Below, piece by piece: positions 14,887 to 28,525 of a DNA stretch of 64,000 bases. The position numbers and the translations under genes are program-made. The stretch spans positions 496,001 through 560,000 of the forward strand of contig JADEYG010000007.1 of NCBI GenBank assembly GCA_016906335.1. Reading direction: 5' to 3'. Each line of letters opens with the position of its first letter. Position 1 is the first letter of the stretch. This DNA is from Novakomyces olei. Taxonomy: Eukaryota. The notes beneath the pieces are model-generated. The model saw only the letters and a program-made list of their open reading frames with translations. It did no database searches and was not told where the DNA came from.

Positions 14887-15096
14887 ACGGTGGATTATCT
14901 ATTTAGCATTGCACATATAATTCAATATACCTGTACGACTTGTGAAACGTATTATATTACAATCGCATTATAAAGCCCACTGAAGAAGACAATATTTACT
15001 TTAAATCGTACCCAAAAAAAAAAACAGGTCAAAGTAACAAACAAATACAAGTATTATCACCAAAATACTGGCGCAAATGTTATCATTTGCGTATAA

Positions 15097-16661
15097 TCAA
15101 CATTGCCGATCAATGGCCAGTGAATCAAAGCTGTGGCACAAATCTTGAGGTGCGTACTCCTCTGAATCCTTCAACTCTTTTCGTAGATCCCAGGCAATCT
15201 TCTTGAAGAGAAACCCCGAGCGAACACTAACGCGTTTCCGGTTCCTAAAAGTCGAAAATGAATGATAAATATCCACTATTGATTGGGCTCCTGAACGTAG
15301 AGTAGAAACGTATTCATCCTGACTTATTAATCCAGAGGCAGCCGCGACTTCCTTGAGCTGTATGTCCGTGTAAACAAGGCCAACGCACCCGAGAGCACAT
15401 ATTTCTATACTCGCCTATAGCCCTGTTAGCAACCAATTTACCTACAATTAAGCGTACCAAATCAGTCGGGCAATTGACGATTAAATTATTATAAATATCG
15501 TTCAACGTGGTCCCGGCTTCTGATACCTTTGTAATACATTCATAGTACAAGGAATAGATTTGCAGTCGTTGCTCAGTATTGCAAAGCCCCAAGTACCCCC
15601 GTCGTAGCAGCAAGAAACAGGTAGAGCCCTTCCTAAATCCTTTATGCCCGGCAACTTTTGACTCGTCCATTACGCCGGCTTCCTTTAACAAATTAAAATA
15701 ATCTATATCCTGCCTCTCTCGGCGCAGTTCTCTAGCCAGTAAATCCTCGGCAGACACACGTTCGTGTAAGATAGTTGTGTGCGGGTCTGTCACCATATCC
15801 GCAGTCAGATTTACCTCCATGTAAGCCAGGGAGCAGTATAGGCGTAGTTGCAGTTCTATAGCAACAAGCAGAGCCGGCATAACTTTCCGCTGTGTTTGAG
15901 CAGTGACTTGAAGTGCAACTTTTCGAGACAAAAAGGACTCTATGATCTTTTTCCCTGCACTAACATGCCTGTGGTATCCGTCCCAATCATGGCGGCTCCT
16001 ACAATAAGACGATAGGAGAAGCGTTACAATAATAATTTTAAGAACGCGTTCTTGGTCCCAATTAAACTGCATCAGGTCTTGCTGCAAATGTTGCATGGCA
16101 GTAACGTACCGGCTAGTTGCTACACTTTCCGCCATATCGCTAGATCCCATGGCCATGACAGAGTACGATGCTGCCTCTGAAGACATTATTGCCGGCACAA
16201 AGAGATCACTAATATTGGTTATCCAGCCGCCCGAATAGATAGAGATATTGGGATCGCTCGTCATTGACCACTCGGACAGGTAGAGCAGAGTGTTTTGCAT
16301 GATCGCTGCCTTGCTGGCCAATCGGCCGTGCCAGGCAGAGACATTGAAGGGCACAATCGTGATAGTAGTGTCCGATTTGATCAGTTCCACTTGACTTTCT
16401 TGCTGGTTTTCAGTAGCATGACTCGCAGCATGCGGAGGGTAGACGCATTGTATATTGTGCCTTGAGCATTTATTGCACGCCGGTTTCGTCTCATCGCACT
16501 TTATTCGACGACTGTGGGGTAAGTCCATGTCTTTTCTTATTGCCTTTTCTCCAATTGTACCTCTTGCACATGAGACAGCCGCCCCGTGACCGTCCACGCG
16601 ACTTGCGCGAATTGAATTTTGTTTTGATTGATCCGATTGGAGCGTGCATTGTGCCCTGCAT
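15097..16661 (-). CDS. Zn(II)2Cys6 fungal transcription factor (3 exons)
   Basis: Splicing of an intron at about 16512-16560 yields RSRGGCLMCKSRRIKCDETKPACNKCSRHNIQC. A 31-nt intron (15358-15388) extends the frame to a stop at 15097. Confidence 0.85.
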
Positions 16662-17088
16662 CGTCCACCAACCACATTGCCTGCCACCTGTCAGCTGTTT
16701 GTGCGGAAAGTATTGGTGCAAGCTAATAGCCGAGCACACAAGCTATTAACCCTAGAGTTAATAATTGATTACTTTTAACTGTGAAACTCAAACCAGAATT
16801 GCGAATATCAACAAGTCATATTACAAGCGACGTTCTGTCTTGACAGCACGTCTGACAGAGGCTATGGAAGAAGCAAAATATTGGAACCAATATTTATTTT
16901 TTGTGAAACTTTTAAAGTCTACGAGACAGTTTGCCTACAAATCAAGGCTTCCATTGCCTGTGCCTTGCATAAGCTCCGTAAACAGCGCGCGTGCGCCTCA
17001 TTAAACTTGACCGGGCATAAACTTGAGCGGGCTGTAGACAAAAAGCCCCGTCATATATCTATACAAAAGAGTCTTTCCAACTCTGCCT

Positions 17089-17800
17089 TCAAGTGCAAAT
17101 GCGATAAGACGCATACCGTCCCGACGTCTCTGAGCGACGAACGATTTTAACGACCTGCCCTCGTCGTAGACCGAGATATCTGGCAACGGGATCAGCGATC
17201 TGTATACGTGGCAGCTGGCTGTCCTTCAAGCGGTAGCGTTTCAATAACTCCTCCTTCTCTGAAGGTGTCAGCACAATGTGGCGAGGAACAAGCTCGTGAT
17301 GTGTAATGTTGACAATGAGATCAGACTCCTGGAACGTCTCGATCGTAAATTGTGAGGCAACAGTCTGAATAATTTTGTTTGCCGAGGGCGTCATTGACGT
17401 CTGATACACTAGTATCCCCGTTTTATGATGATGGTCGCCCAATACGTGCACAAAGTTCCGCATTTCCTTAATACCGATTGACGGTTCGGCCAGGAACTCG
17501 ATATAAATCGTGCCCCGCTCCGTTTCCCCTGGTGGAGGCCGCGCATAGAAAGAAAGGGTATTCCGTCTGAGATGAGCATACACGATCAAACACTTAACGA
17601 CTTACTCGAGACCATTGACGCTGCAATGGCTCTGTTTAAAACCGTCTAGAGTCATGGATAACTCTTGCTGTGATACCGCATAGCCCTTTTTGCTCAGCAT
17701 TTAATCTGGTAAAAAGAAAACTTACACGGTCATGAATCATTTGGTGCACAGTTTTCCAAGCGCGAAATACACGCGTTACCGCGCGCTCGTCGGCGCTCAT
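17089..17800 (-). CDS. RPB5: RNA polymerase I/II/III common subunit Rpb5
   Basis: [18 protein letters not shown].., [41 protein letters not shown]. Confidence 0.97.
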
Positions 17801-18051
17801 ATTTGGCAGTACAGAAAAGAATTTTGAACTGACGCTGCTTTTTGTGTTTGATTCTATAAACGCAAACAGTATATTCTTTTGTATTTTACATACGGTTGAG
17901 AACAGTAATAATCCTCATACATTATAATATAACGCGCTAGATTGAAGCGGATTTTTGTCTAGTGCGCATTTTAATTTATTTAAAAAAAAAAGCTAATTAA
18001 TTTAAATACATCATCATATGATTCAATCAGTCCATTAGACCCAAAATCACA

Positions 18052-18757
18052 ATGCCTAATCCCAAAAAGCGCCAGGAAAAGGCAGAAGCTGCGGCTGACA
18101 AGAAGAAAGCCGCTGAAGATGTTAAAAAGCAAGCTCAGGATGATTCGTACTGGTCTCAGGGATCAAAAAAGGCTGGCAAAAAGGAGAATGAAGAGGAAAA
18201 ACGAGCTGCCGCTGCTGCAAAGGTACAATTAGACGAAGATAAAACAAGGCGATGTTTTGCCACAATGCTAATCAGTATAGAAAGCAGAGCGTGCGCGCTT
18301 AGAGGCTGAAGAAATGGCGAGTTTGCCTACAAAGTCCAAAGGCTCTGGGGCCGACAAAGTGGCCAACAGACGCACTAATAAAATTGATGATTTTTTGAAG
18401 GATGAGTCGGCAAAGGCACGTCCTGCATTAGCAGCGTCAAACATCGACGATGCAATCGATGTGCTTTCTCTTGATAGTGGAAAGGCACAGGGCGTCAGCG
18501 TTGATCGCCATCCAGAGCGACGATTTAAAGCTGCTTTTGCAAAGTACAAAGATCGGCGTCTCTTTGATTTAAAGCTGGAGAGACCTGGACTACGCTCTCA
18601 GCAGTATGAGGATCTGATGTACAAGGAATTTCAAAAACACCCTGACAATCCTTTCAATCAAGTATCGGTGGCACACAACGCGACACGCGAAGAGGTGGCA
18701 GATACGATCAACAGCCACAAGCAGGCTTTGGAGAAACGGCTACAGTCTAAGAAATAG
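18052..18757 (+). CDS. CCDC124/Lso2-like ribosome-associated protein (2 exons)
   Basis: Lys/Glu-rich N-terminus, DRHPERRFKAAF and PDNPFNQ motifs. Confidence 0.88.
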
Positions 18758-18875
18758 TTTCGACGAAATAGAATCAGATTGGTCAAAAATAATTTTAATG
18801 CAAATGCTTTTTTTGCTAATCATTAGAGTGATTGTATACAATATGTTTGTCAGGACATCCAGAGAAAAAGGTAGC

Positions 18876-19899
18876 TCAAAATTTCCGACGTTTGGGTTTA
18901 GGGCCTCTGTTGCTCAATTCGAGCTTTAGCTTGTTTCGCCGATCTGCAATCTGCGCATTGCTCTCAGCTGGCAATTCTTCTTCCAGGCTGTGTGTCTCGA
19001 GAGTGTCTCTAGCTTCCTTTTCTACCCTGATCAACTGATCTGTAGGAGTCGGCGAGCCCGCGCTCTAGATGTTTAGTATTATTAAAGAATACTTGCTCAG
19101 TTTTTCATTTAATTTTTGTTTGTCGACTATTCACTTTGTCCAATTGTTTTGATGCTCTGCAATATCTTGTATTTGCATACCCTCGTGTCGTCGCTCTCGC
19201 TTCCGTCAACTCCAGACTCGCCCGCACCGTACCGCTCGTGCGCGAATAGTCGGCCCTGTGCCCTTGGCAAAATTTTGTCCGTAATTTCAGGAAAAGCAAC
19301 GAGTCCAAAGCTAGAAGGCGATGCATCGACCCGCGCCAAAAACGTTTCCGCTGCTCCCGATAAAAGTGTATCTCTGTCAACGTGTTCCATTGCCTTTCGT
19401 AGCCCTTTACATATCGGTTAGCTATACCGCAAACTATTTATTGAAACTTACTCCGTGGTGTAAATTTAATCTCGTTATCCTCCAGTCTATCCCTGAGGTC
19501 ATCAATTAGCAAATCTTTAGCCCTCACTAATCGTAGCAGATTGTCCAGAGCCACGTTAAGAAGAGCGCTCGAGGTCGCGAGCGGAAACATCAAAAGACAC
19601 GAGAAATCTGCAGCTGGCAAAGAGCTAAATGTAAAGGACTCTGTGGCTCCACAGTGCAAAACCAGTGATTGATCCTCACGCACAACGCTAAGGCTTTTCG
19701 ACAAGATAAGGGACACGATATCCCTTTCATCAGAACACGTGAAAGCAAAAACATTCTGCAAATCTGTAAGCAAGACTCGGCTCCGCGAGTCCTCAGCCGA
19801 TTCGGTCTCGTGTTTCACGTAGAGCTGTACGCGTGATTCATTTTCAGTAGCTTGCACCCAGTGCCAACCGAACGCGCTGGCATCCAAATTTGTAGACAT
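18876..19899 (-). CDS. XLF/Cernunnos/Nej1-like NHEJ factor (3 exons)
   Basis: W..V, LLTDL..V, L..PL and L..L...KD..I..L head/coiled-coil pattern. The spliced C-terminus ends PKPKRRKF*, resembling the basic Ku-binding tail of XLF. Confidence 0.65.
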
Positions 19900-20486
19900 T
19901 TAGCTTACATGTTTCATGGCATACGCTTGACGAAGATAGCTGTTGCAATGAGCTGAAGCTAATGCCAAAGCTTTGAGGAGGGGAATTTAAAAGTGACTGA
20001 ACTCGTCTTAAGGCAATTTTGTCATTACACGCTGCCTCGAATTTATGACACAAGTTTACGTGGGAGAGTAGAGACGTTAATCCTGGTCCTCTAGTCACAA
20101 GTAATCAGCCCTGACTAACCCTAATTAACCCTGAAAATTTGACGCTAGACTAAAAGCGTTTTACATGCTCTGGCAAAAAGAAAGCATAGCTGTCTCTAGC
20201 GTTTGTTTTGGATACATCTCAACTTGCTGGTGTCCATCCTTACTGTAATTTATGCGCCGCGCTCTTCTTGCCAAATTTTCCGTACAATCGAATTGGCAAT
20301 AAATTGATACAGTTGAGAAAAGGTTTCACAAACTAAATCTAATCTACGATTGTTGCTTTAATGCGAAGTGATGTATTACTCGAAGGCTTTCATTTTAAGC
20401 TCAGACTAGTCTATTAAATTTTGTTTATTTGCAAACTGCAAACAAGTTGATCTTCGGTTTGGCTGTTAAACCGATCTTGTAACCGC

Positions 20487-22015
20487 CTACTCGGCGGCGT
20501 CCTCAGTGGTTTTTGCGGATGCTTCTTTCTTCTCCAGCTCTTCAAGCTCCTTCTTAACAGCAGCAACTCGCTTTTGCGTTTCTGCCTCCTGGTTGTCAGC
20601 ATAATGCTGCAGCCGCTTCTTAAGAGCCTCTACAACATTAGGAACGTCGGCCTGGTTTGATGGAGGAGAAACACCAACAGCAGACAGGTCGTTGATCAGA
20701 CCAATATGAAGCTGGATCTTATCTCCATTGGTTGCTGACGAAGAAGCTTTGCTCTTCTTTGCTGCCTTTTTCTTCCCCAGACCACTGAAAAAGCCTTGTT
20801 CGACGTCGTCCGACTTCTTGATAATGGAACTGGCGTCAAACTCCTCGACTTTACGGGAAGATTGAGTCTCTGGCAATTTCCCTGAAAGTGCTGGTTGTGC
20901 TGCGTCGGCCGGGTTGCCCACGACAGCAGAGGGATCGAAATAACGGATAAGCTTGCTTTGTTAGTTGCATTGTAAGAAGAGTAAAGATATAAAGACTATA
21001 ATAGAAATTTTCGACATACGTTGACACAAGTATTAATTTCATCAGTAAAAGCCGGCATAGACGCCTCTTCTAGTTTCTCTTCAGCCTGAGCTTTACGCTT
21101 GGTCGCCAGCTGCTCTTCGCGCTCTTGCTTCAGCTTTTGCTGGTACTTTTGCCGTTGCTCACGCTCATAAGCACGGAAGGCATTGAGCTTGGCATAAAAC
21201 TCGTCGCCAAGCTTCTTCTTCTTGTCCCAAACTTCATCGCGTTTCTTTTGCAACTCGTCACGCGAGGTATGGATCTCTCTCAAGCCCTTGTAAACAGTGT
21301 CTTGTTCGGCACGAAGAGCGTCAATTTTGCCCTTGGTGTCAGAGTAAGTCTGGCTCAGCGCTTTAGACTCGGGATCATCGAGCTGCTTGCGAACCGAAGC
21401 AAGCTGCTCTTTATTCGAGTCGATTGCACTTTGAAGCTGAGTAATTTCAGTAAACCCCTTTTTGCTACGCTTAAGCTGAGAGATTTCGTTGATGTACTTG
21501 CGCTCGTCTACAAGCTTTAAAGTCCCGCTCTCGACCTGTTTGTTCAATTGGCTAGATGTTGTCAGTTATTTTGAAACAAAAAAAAAAAAAAGAGAAAAAA
21601 TGTGAAAGGCATACGAAATGCGCTCATCAATCTCGGCAGCATTCTTAAACGGCAGACGCTTCTGTTTGTCTTTGAGATCTGCAACTTTACGCTTGATGGA
21701 TTCTTCCAATGATCGAGCTTCCTCCAAGATTTTGCCCTTGCTAGATTTGGATTGGGCCTGAGTTTTGCGAATTTCGTCGAGCTGAGAGCGATACTCCTTC
21801 AATTTCTCACCAGATGGCCCTTTGCCTTGAGCATCAGACAATTTTTGACGGAGTTTCTTGAGTTGCTCTGTGAGCTTGTTCAATTCCTTGTCGACTTCAG
21901 CAGTGGCCGCCTTAAAGGCTTCTTCGTCTGGGCGAGCTGGACGGGTTCTGGCCGTAGAAGCCTTGTCGCCATCCGCCGGAGAACTGACGGCGGGAGCCAC
22001 CACTGCGTCCGACAT
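20487..22015 (-). CDS. BFR1: Nuclear segregation / mRNP protein Bfr1 (3 exons)
   Basis: RPDEEAF, long coiled coil, VESGTLKLVDERK.I.EIS.L, PAFTDEI..C, PP....D. Confidence 0.85.
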
Positions 22016-22413
22016 TGCCTCTGCTTTTCTGGGAGGAAAAAATGTTTGGATCGCAATTGTTCCTCGCAGTCACCCACAAGTTATTAATATAATACTTGTA
22101 AGCGCTATTTCATGGATAATTCAGTAACATAAAAAATAGTACGGCGAGATTAGTACTAGCAGATTAGATTAGTCTTATTATAATACGCTTATATTGTCCT
22201 ACGCTACGTGAAATATAACTGCCCTGTAGTCTAGATTTGTCAAAATGATGTACGAAATATCGCTAGAATTAGAGAATACAGGCATTGCACAGCACTAGAC
22301 TAAACTTTTTATAGACGCTTCTCACATTTTCAATCTGCAGATGAGCAAGCTTTAGGCATTCGCAAGTCAAATGCCCGCAAGTCAAATGCCTCGTTCCTAT
22401 CCACAGTCGAGCA

Positions 22414-23656
22414 TTAAAATAAACGGTCGAGCGCGGCCTGCGCTAACTCCACACCCAGAAAAGTCGCGGCTAGAATGTTAGCAGTGCATTGATTCATATG
22501 ATTACCATTTGCAGGGTACGCGCGAAGCATTGCCGGTCCCAGACCCGGGAAAAAGGCCCTGATGCCTCCACGGCGATAGGTTCCGCTGATTACTTTGCCA
22601 ATTGTGTTTTCGTGCATATTGCCTCCGCCTTGTAGCTGCGATTTAATCGTATCAATTGGGAACACTAGAGTCCACATGGCAAGACCAGCAGTTCCTCCTG
22701 CCATAATAATAGCGCCAATAGACATTTTACCCTGTTTGCCAGATTCATCCACCGGGGTAAGGGCTTTCTTTACGACTTCATAAGCCCCAAAGTAGGCTGC
22801 TGAGCCAGGGCCATCCTTCTAGTCAGTGCTGCAACTAAAGCGCCTTCTTACCCTTGCAAAGGTAGCAATAGATCCCCGGAAAACAGATCGTATACCACCC
22901 TCCCTGTAGACCTGTCTTAAAACATCAAAAGGTCCACTGTACTTGCGCTCTCCAGGTTTCTGGCCATCAAGTTGCAAAAGAACTTTGATTCGCTCAAAAG
23001 GCGCTGCACAGTTAGAGAATTAAATCAGCGTAAAATACCCGTAATCACAGTCATCGGTACAGCCGACAGGAAACCGGCTGTACAATTCTGAGCAGTTGTC
23101 AGGCCCGTCGATGGTACTGTGCTAAACGTGCCCACGACTTTCTTGCCGAGATCATAGCCCTGTAGGTGGTAAGTTATGCCCAACCTCTAATAACGGTTTC
23201 CAACTCACCCAAAAGCTAATGGCAAACATTGGCGTTACCCCAACGATCGGGGGTCCCATGCCGCGATACAGGCCCTGCAGTTTAGATTCATATACTAGAA
23301 AAGCAATCGTACACGAGGACCGTCTTTAGCGACTGTCTGTTTCACACAGTCAAACATTCCAGAGTACACGCCAGCTGGAGCCGTTTGCAGCCGCACTTTA
23401 ACAAGATCTGAGGTAAGGAGAGCACTTTTATCATCTTACCAAATGGATGGCCTGTGAATGTTAGAAAATATGGGTAAAAGGTGCAAAATTGAGGCCAAAG
23501 GATAGGCAAAGTTTTTGGAAAAAGCCTCTTACCCACGAGCACGGCGCATATGCCTCCAACACCTCCACTAACAAACGATTTTATCGATGAGGCTGCACCG
23601 CCAGTTGCTGTTTCTTTTGCACGCATTGTATCATAAGTGTCTGCTGCGTCTTCCAT
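22414..23656 (-). CDS. CRC1: Mitochondrial carnitine/acylcarnitine carrier (many short introns)
   Basis: GGVGGICAVLVGHPFDL, GVTPMFA, APFERIKVLLQ, RDGPGSAAYF, FPIDTIKS, RAYPANAATF. Confidence 0.92.
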
Positions 23657-24229
23657 TGCCGCTACGGACCCTTGTCTCTTGCTCGCCGGAGTCGTCCGCT
23701 TTCTTTCTTCTATTCAATTTAGCAAGCGGAGCTTGGCCGTTTGGTTTTCTCTCCCTTCCCCAGTAGATATAGTCGCCCTGGTCAATCCTTTGCGCCGAAA
23801 CTTTTGCCTGTTGGGTCTTATATATACGTATCGTATACGTACATTTATATCCAATACATTTCCGTCTAAATCTTGTTTTTCCGGGGCTAATAAAATAATC
23901 TGGGGTACATCCCCGCACAATTTTCAAGTAAAGCCATTTTCTGTCTTCAACTTTGAGACTTGGCGCACCAGGAACAGAGTAATTTATCAGACTGAGCTTA
24001 ATAGCAGCTGAAAGAGCGATTTTTGTTTGTAGAAATAGAAATAAGAGCAAATGATATGGCCAAAGATCACAGATGGCTGTATACTCTGCGGATAAGAACG
24101 CATCAATTCTATCCCAATCAATTCTTGAATGGTTGGTTGGTCTGTAACAGGTCTGGTTTTTGCGTCGAGAAAAGTCTGAGGCACATGTGAGCGCCGACTA
24201 TTCCATAGACAAGATATAATAATTTAATT

Positions 24230-24328
24230 GAAGCATTTATGAAGCATTTATGAAGCATTTATGAAGCATTTATGAAGCATTTATGAAGCATTTATGAAGC
24301 ATTTATGAAGCATTTATGAAGCATTTAT
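24230..24328. repeat. Perfect 11-bp minisatellite (GAAGCATTTAT) x9
   Basis: Nine identical tandem copies. Confidence 0.95.
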
Positions 24329-24515
24329 GTTGTCGACATGGTATTGTCGTACAAAAGTCTTTTAAATGCAAATACGATTATACTATTATACAGATTTATT
24401 TATGCATATTTTCCTCGCGCGCACAACAGTTTTGTATACGTTGAGCTCTAAAACCTGAAGCCAGTACGGTTAGGCAATTGCGACCAACCCCATTTCTACT
24501 TTAAACTAATATTAA

Positions 24516-26126
24516 TCATGCCCGGAGGTCCGCAAAATGCTGTGCGTCATGATTTGCCGGAACCGCGGGCATAACCTCAATGATACGCTGAAACCCGTAG
24601 AGCTCGTCTTTCTTGAGGACGAGTATTTGCTGGGATTGCATAACGTATCCCTTTACATACCCCTGGTCAATGAGATTGGTGCATACGCACTCAATATCGT
24701 CCATATCCAGAGCAATTTCCGAATCAAGGACCTGTGAGCCCGGCTCGACCCTTGCAACGCTCCAATTATATGCATCTAACAATTTTGCTCCTTCGACATA
24801 AGTAGTCCGGTGCGTCGGCTGGTATGTTGCCAAAAACCTGAAGTAGTCAGCATATTACGTACGCGTCAAGACAATAAAGAGAAAATCCTTCATCTAATGC
24901 TAAAACGCAAAATGTACCGAAATAAAAATACAAAAGAAAATACAAAAAAATACAAAAACAAAACAAAAACAAAAGCTAAACAAAAAAACCCAAACAAAAA
25001 AACTTACGCTTTCCGGAACAAGTTACGAAAGATGATCATATCGACGCGATCAGCGAGTAGTAGATACGTTCCATTACGCACGTACCATTGCATACGATGT
25101 TTGTTGTGCAGAGCGTTTCGAAACGACATAAAATCGCCTCTTCGTACAGCCGTGACCAGTGGGCTATAAGCGTCGTGCAGATTAAAAGACAAAAGGAGGT
25201 TCTGTGTCGGCGCGATTCCAAGAACAAGGCTGCAGGGTATGAGGTAGAGGAGAATTTTCCTACACGCTTAGAAAGAGGGCACGTATATTAGAGAGTAAGC
25301 ATACCGGCGGTGTGAATAGTCCTGCTTGTGGCAGTTATTAAAAGCGTAAAGCAGATGTGAGCGGGCGCGGTGAACAAAGCATTGCGTCATAAAGTAGCGG
25401 CCAAGGTAGTAGCGGTAAGCAACACGCTCAGCAGCGCTAAACTGCTCAAATTCAACATTAGTGTTTGAAAACAGGTTCTGGTCAACAGTGGCACAAAGTC
25501 GCAGCTGGCCAAGGGCAAACGCAAGTTTGAACAAAGCGTTGGCTACACTGACAGCGCACAATCGCTTAGGCACCCCCACTGGCGCACGCTCACTTAGTAC
25601 AATATTAAACAATCGGAACAGAGTCCGCGAAGCCTGTTTGACCCTGTCTTTGCCATAGAGCCCAAACTGCGCATCAAGGCTCACTGCAAACGACGCAAAG
25701 TCTCGAGATACCGCTCGCACTACGGGTACCATCCACCCCGACGACGGTGCGCTGAACAGTGTAGTAAGAGCGCTGGAGTAAGCAAGCGTCAAAGAATACG
25801 GGGATGGCAATATAATAGGGGCAAATGTACCTAACGGCAGAGTCAAAGGCAGTAAAATCCGTGTCTGATTTTACGTACTCGTACAAATGCTGAACAAAGT
25901 TTACGGCCGCTGTTCCATAGCGCGCTAGCACGGCAGAAATTCTGCCACCGTCTACCTGGCTCGCCTGCCTCTGTCAGATGAAGCTTGAAATGGTGGCGTT
26001 TCTTACAGCGCTGCGCAGTACATTAAACTCATGACTGCCCCGGCGACACGTTAGCAAGGCAGCCAAACGCGTACCGTCCTGAGCGGCGAATGCAGAGCTC
26101 AATTGCTCTAAATGGCGCGCCGCCAT
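24516..26126 (-). CDS. PCI-domain protein (PCID2/Thp1/Csn12-like), multi-exon
   Basis: N.LFK, V.YRYYLGRY, A..HL..AF..C, and a C-terminal winged helix DIECVCTNLIDQGYVKGY. Confidence 0.85.
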
Positions 26127-26223
26127 CAAAGGGCAATTGTGCAATTGTAGTATATATATACAAGCGCTCTGCAAATATCTCGCTTTCTATAAAAAATACG
26201 AAACAAGTACGAATAGCCAGACA

Positions 26224-26400
26224 ACAAATACGATTAAATACAATTAAATACAATTAAACAATTAAATTCAATTAAATTCAAATAAACAATTAAATACAAT
26301 TAAACAATTAAATTCAAATAAATTCAAATAAACAATTAAATACAATTAAACAATTAAACAATTAAATTCAAATAAACACAAATAAACGCAAATAAATACA
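26224..26400. repeat. A-rich degenerate repeat (CAATTAAA / CAAATAAA) in a divergent promoter
   Basis: Repeated units seen directly. Confidence 0.85.
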
Positions 26401-26442
26401 AAATTCCCATTTTACGGAATATTATAACCCACCACGCTCGAT

Positions 26443-28525
26443 ATGCTCAAGGCGGCTGTTTTGCTGTTTGCGACGGCCGCATCGGCCCTATATATTCCCG
26501 GAATCGCTCCTCACGATTACGGCGCGGGCGATGTCGTTCCTCTCACCGTCAATGTGCTGGAGCCAGAGCTGTCTGCCTCACAGTCGCATGGAATGAGTGT
26601 AGTAGCGTACAACTGTATGGAACGCGTTTCGACGCCACTACCCTCCACTGGCAAAGCTAACGCGTCCAGATTATCACCCGCAGCTCCATTTTTGCAGTGA
26701 GGAAAAGCCTAAATCTCAGTCGGAGAGTATCGGCAGTATTCTCTTTGGAGATCGTATTATGAGCTCTCCGTTCCGACTGCGGCTAATGCAAAACGAGTCG
26801 TGTCAGGTGCTGTGCAGTGTAAATGTGCCCACTGAAGACGGTAAATTTATAAAAGAACTGATCTCTCAAAACTATGCGGTTAATTGGCTCGTGGACGGTC
26901 TGCCGGTTGCCTCACCGTACAGCTCAAATGACGGAAGCAGTGGCGGTGGCACGGGCTCCTTCTCGTCAGGATTCCCTCTCGGCAATTACGACGCGGAAAA
27001 GGACGCTGCGTATATAAACAATCACTACGATATTGTTGTAGAGTACCACGCTATAAGCGCGACACGCTACCGAATCGTGGGCGCTACCGTGTTTGCCACT
27101 TCCGCGGCTGTTGACCTTTCACTCGAAGGTGAGAGCGAGTGCCGACTGGGCTCTCCCGTGCAAATCTACACAGACAACGAGTCTCGGTACAAGTTTGCTT
27201 ACAGCGTTACTTGGGTTCCTTCAGACAAGGTCTGGGCAACACGGTGGGACAAGTACCTGCACGTCTACGATCCCCGTATTCACTGGCTTGCGCTTATAAA
27301 CGCCACCTTAATTGTCGCGTTTCTCACCGCCATGGTGGGCGGTGTCCTGTACCGCGCACTCAACAACGATATTGCTCGCTATAACGCCAACGACTTGGAC
27401 CAGGAAGACGTTCAAGAGGATTCCGGCTGGAAGCTTGTGCATGGTGATGTCTTCAGACCCCCGCATCACCGGCTTTTGCTTTGTGTTCTCGTTGGCAGTG
27501 GAACACAGCTGTTTTGTATGGCTGGGACCACCCTTGTGTTCTCCCTGTTTGGGTTCTTGAGTCCAAGCAACCGTGGCAGTTTGGCTACTGCTGGCCTTTT
27601 GTTTTACCTGTTTTTTGGAGCTCCCAGTGGCTACGTTTCAGCGCGGCTGTATAAAACGTTGGGTGGCGAAAATTGGAAGAAGAACGTTTTGTTTACGCCT
27701 ACTTTTGTGCCGGGAATAGTCTTTACCGTGTTTTTCTTACTCAACTTATTCCTCGTTATTGCCCGTAGTAGTGGAGCTGTGCCGTTGACGACAATGATTA
27801 TCATTGTCGCGCTTTGGTTCCTCATTTCCCTACCCCTTAGCTTGATTGGATCATACTTTGGGTTCAAGGCGTCATCGTGGCAGGCACCCGTCCGTACCAA
27901 TCAGATTCCACGACAGATTCCGGATCAGGTGTTTTACCTTAGGGACACGCCCAGCATCCTGTTTGCCGGAATTTTGCCATTTGGTGCTATTTTTGTGGAG
28001 CTGTACTTTATCATGAACAGCATCTGGTTCAGCCGTATTTATTACATGTTTGGGTTTTTGTTCCTTTGCTATGGAATAATGGTGAGTGGTTACTGAATAT
28101 CTTCTTTTTTTTGGACTACTTATTGTTTTCTCTTCACTTGCGTGTATTCTGTTCTATTCCAAGTGTTAATCAGACTAATTCTAGATCACTACATGCGCTA
28201 CAGTAACTATTCTGATGGCGTACTTCCAGCTGTGTTCGGAAAATTACCACTGGTACGTGTGCCCTTGTAATTATCGAATTATTAACCCTGTTATAGGTGG
28301 TGGAGGTCCTTTTTCACTGCAGGCGCATGCGCCCTCTACATACTACTCAATTCCTTTGTTTACTGGATAACAAAGATGAAACTCGGAAATTTCACGAGCA
28401 ACGTCCTCTACCTCGGCTACAGCCTGCTTCTCTCATTCTTGGCCTTTGTTTTAACGGGAACAGTAGGCTTTGTATCGACGTACTTTTTCGTCCATAAAAT
28501 CTATCGCTCAATCAAAGTGGATTAG
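26443..28525 (+). CDS. Transmembrane 9 superfamily protein (Emp70/TMN1/TM9SF2-4 type)
   Basis: Signal peptide, YIPGIAP, IHWLALIN, GWKLVHGDVFRPP, PVRTNQIPRQIP, ENYHWWWRSF, C-terminal IKVD. Confidence 0.95.

Noticed and set aside
24230-24328. CRISPR-like repeat array
   Set aside because: No spacers, eukaryotic context; it is a simple minisatellite.
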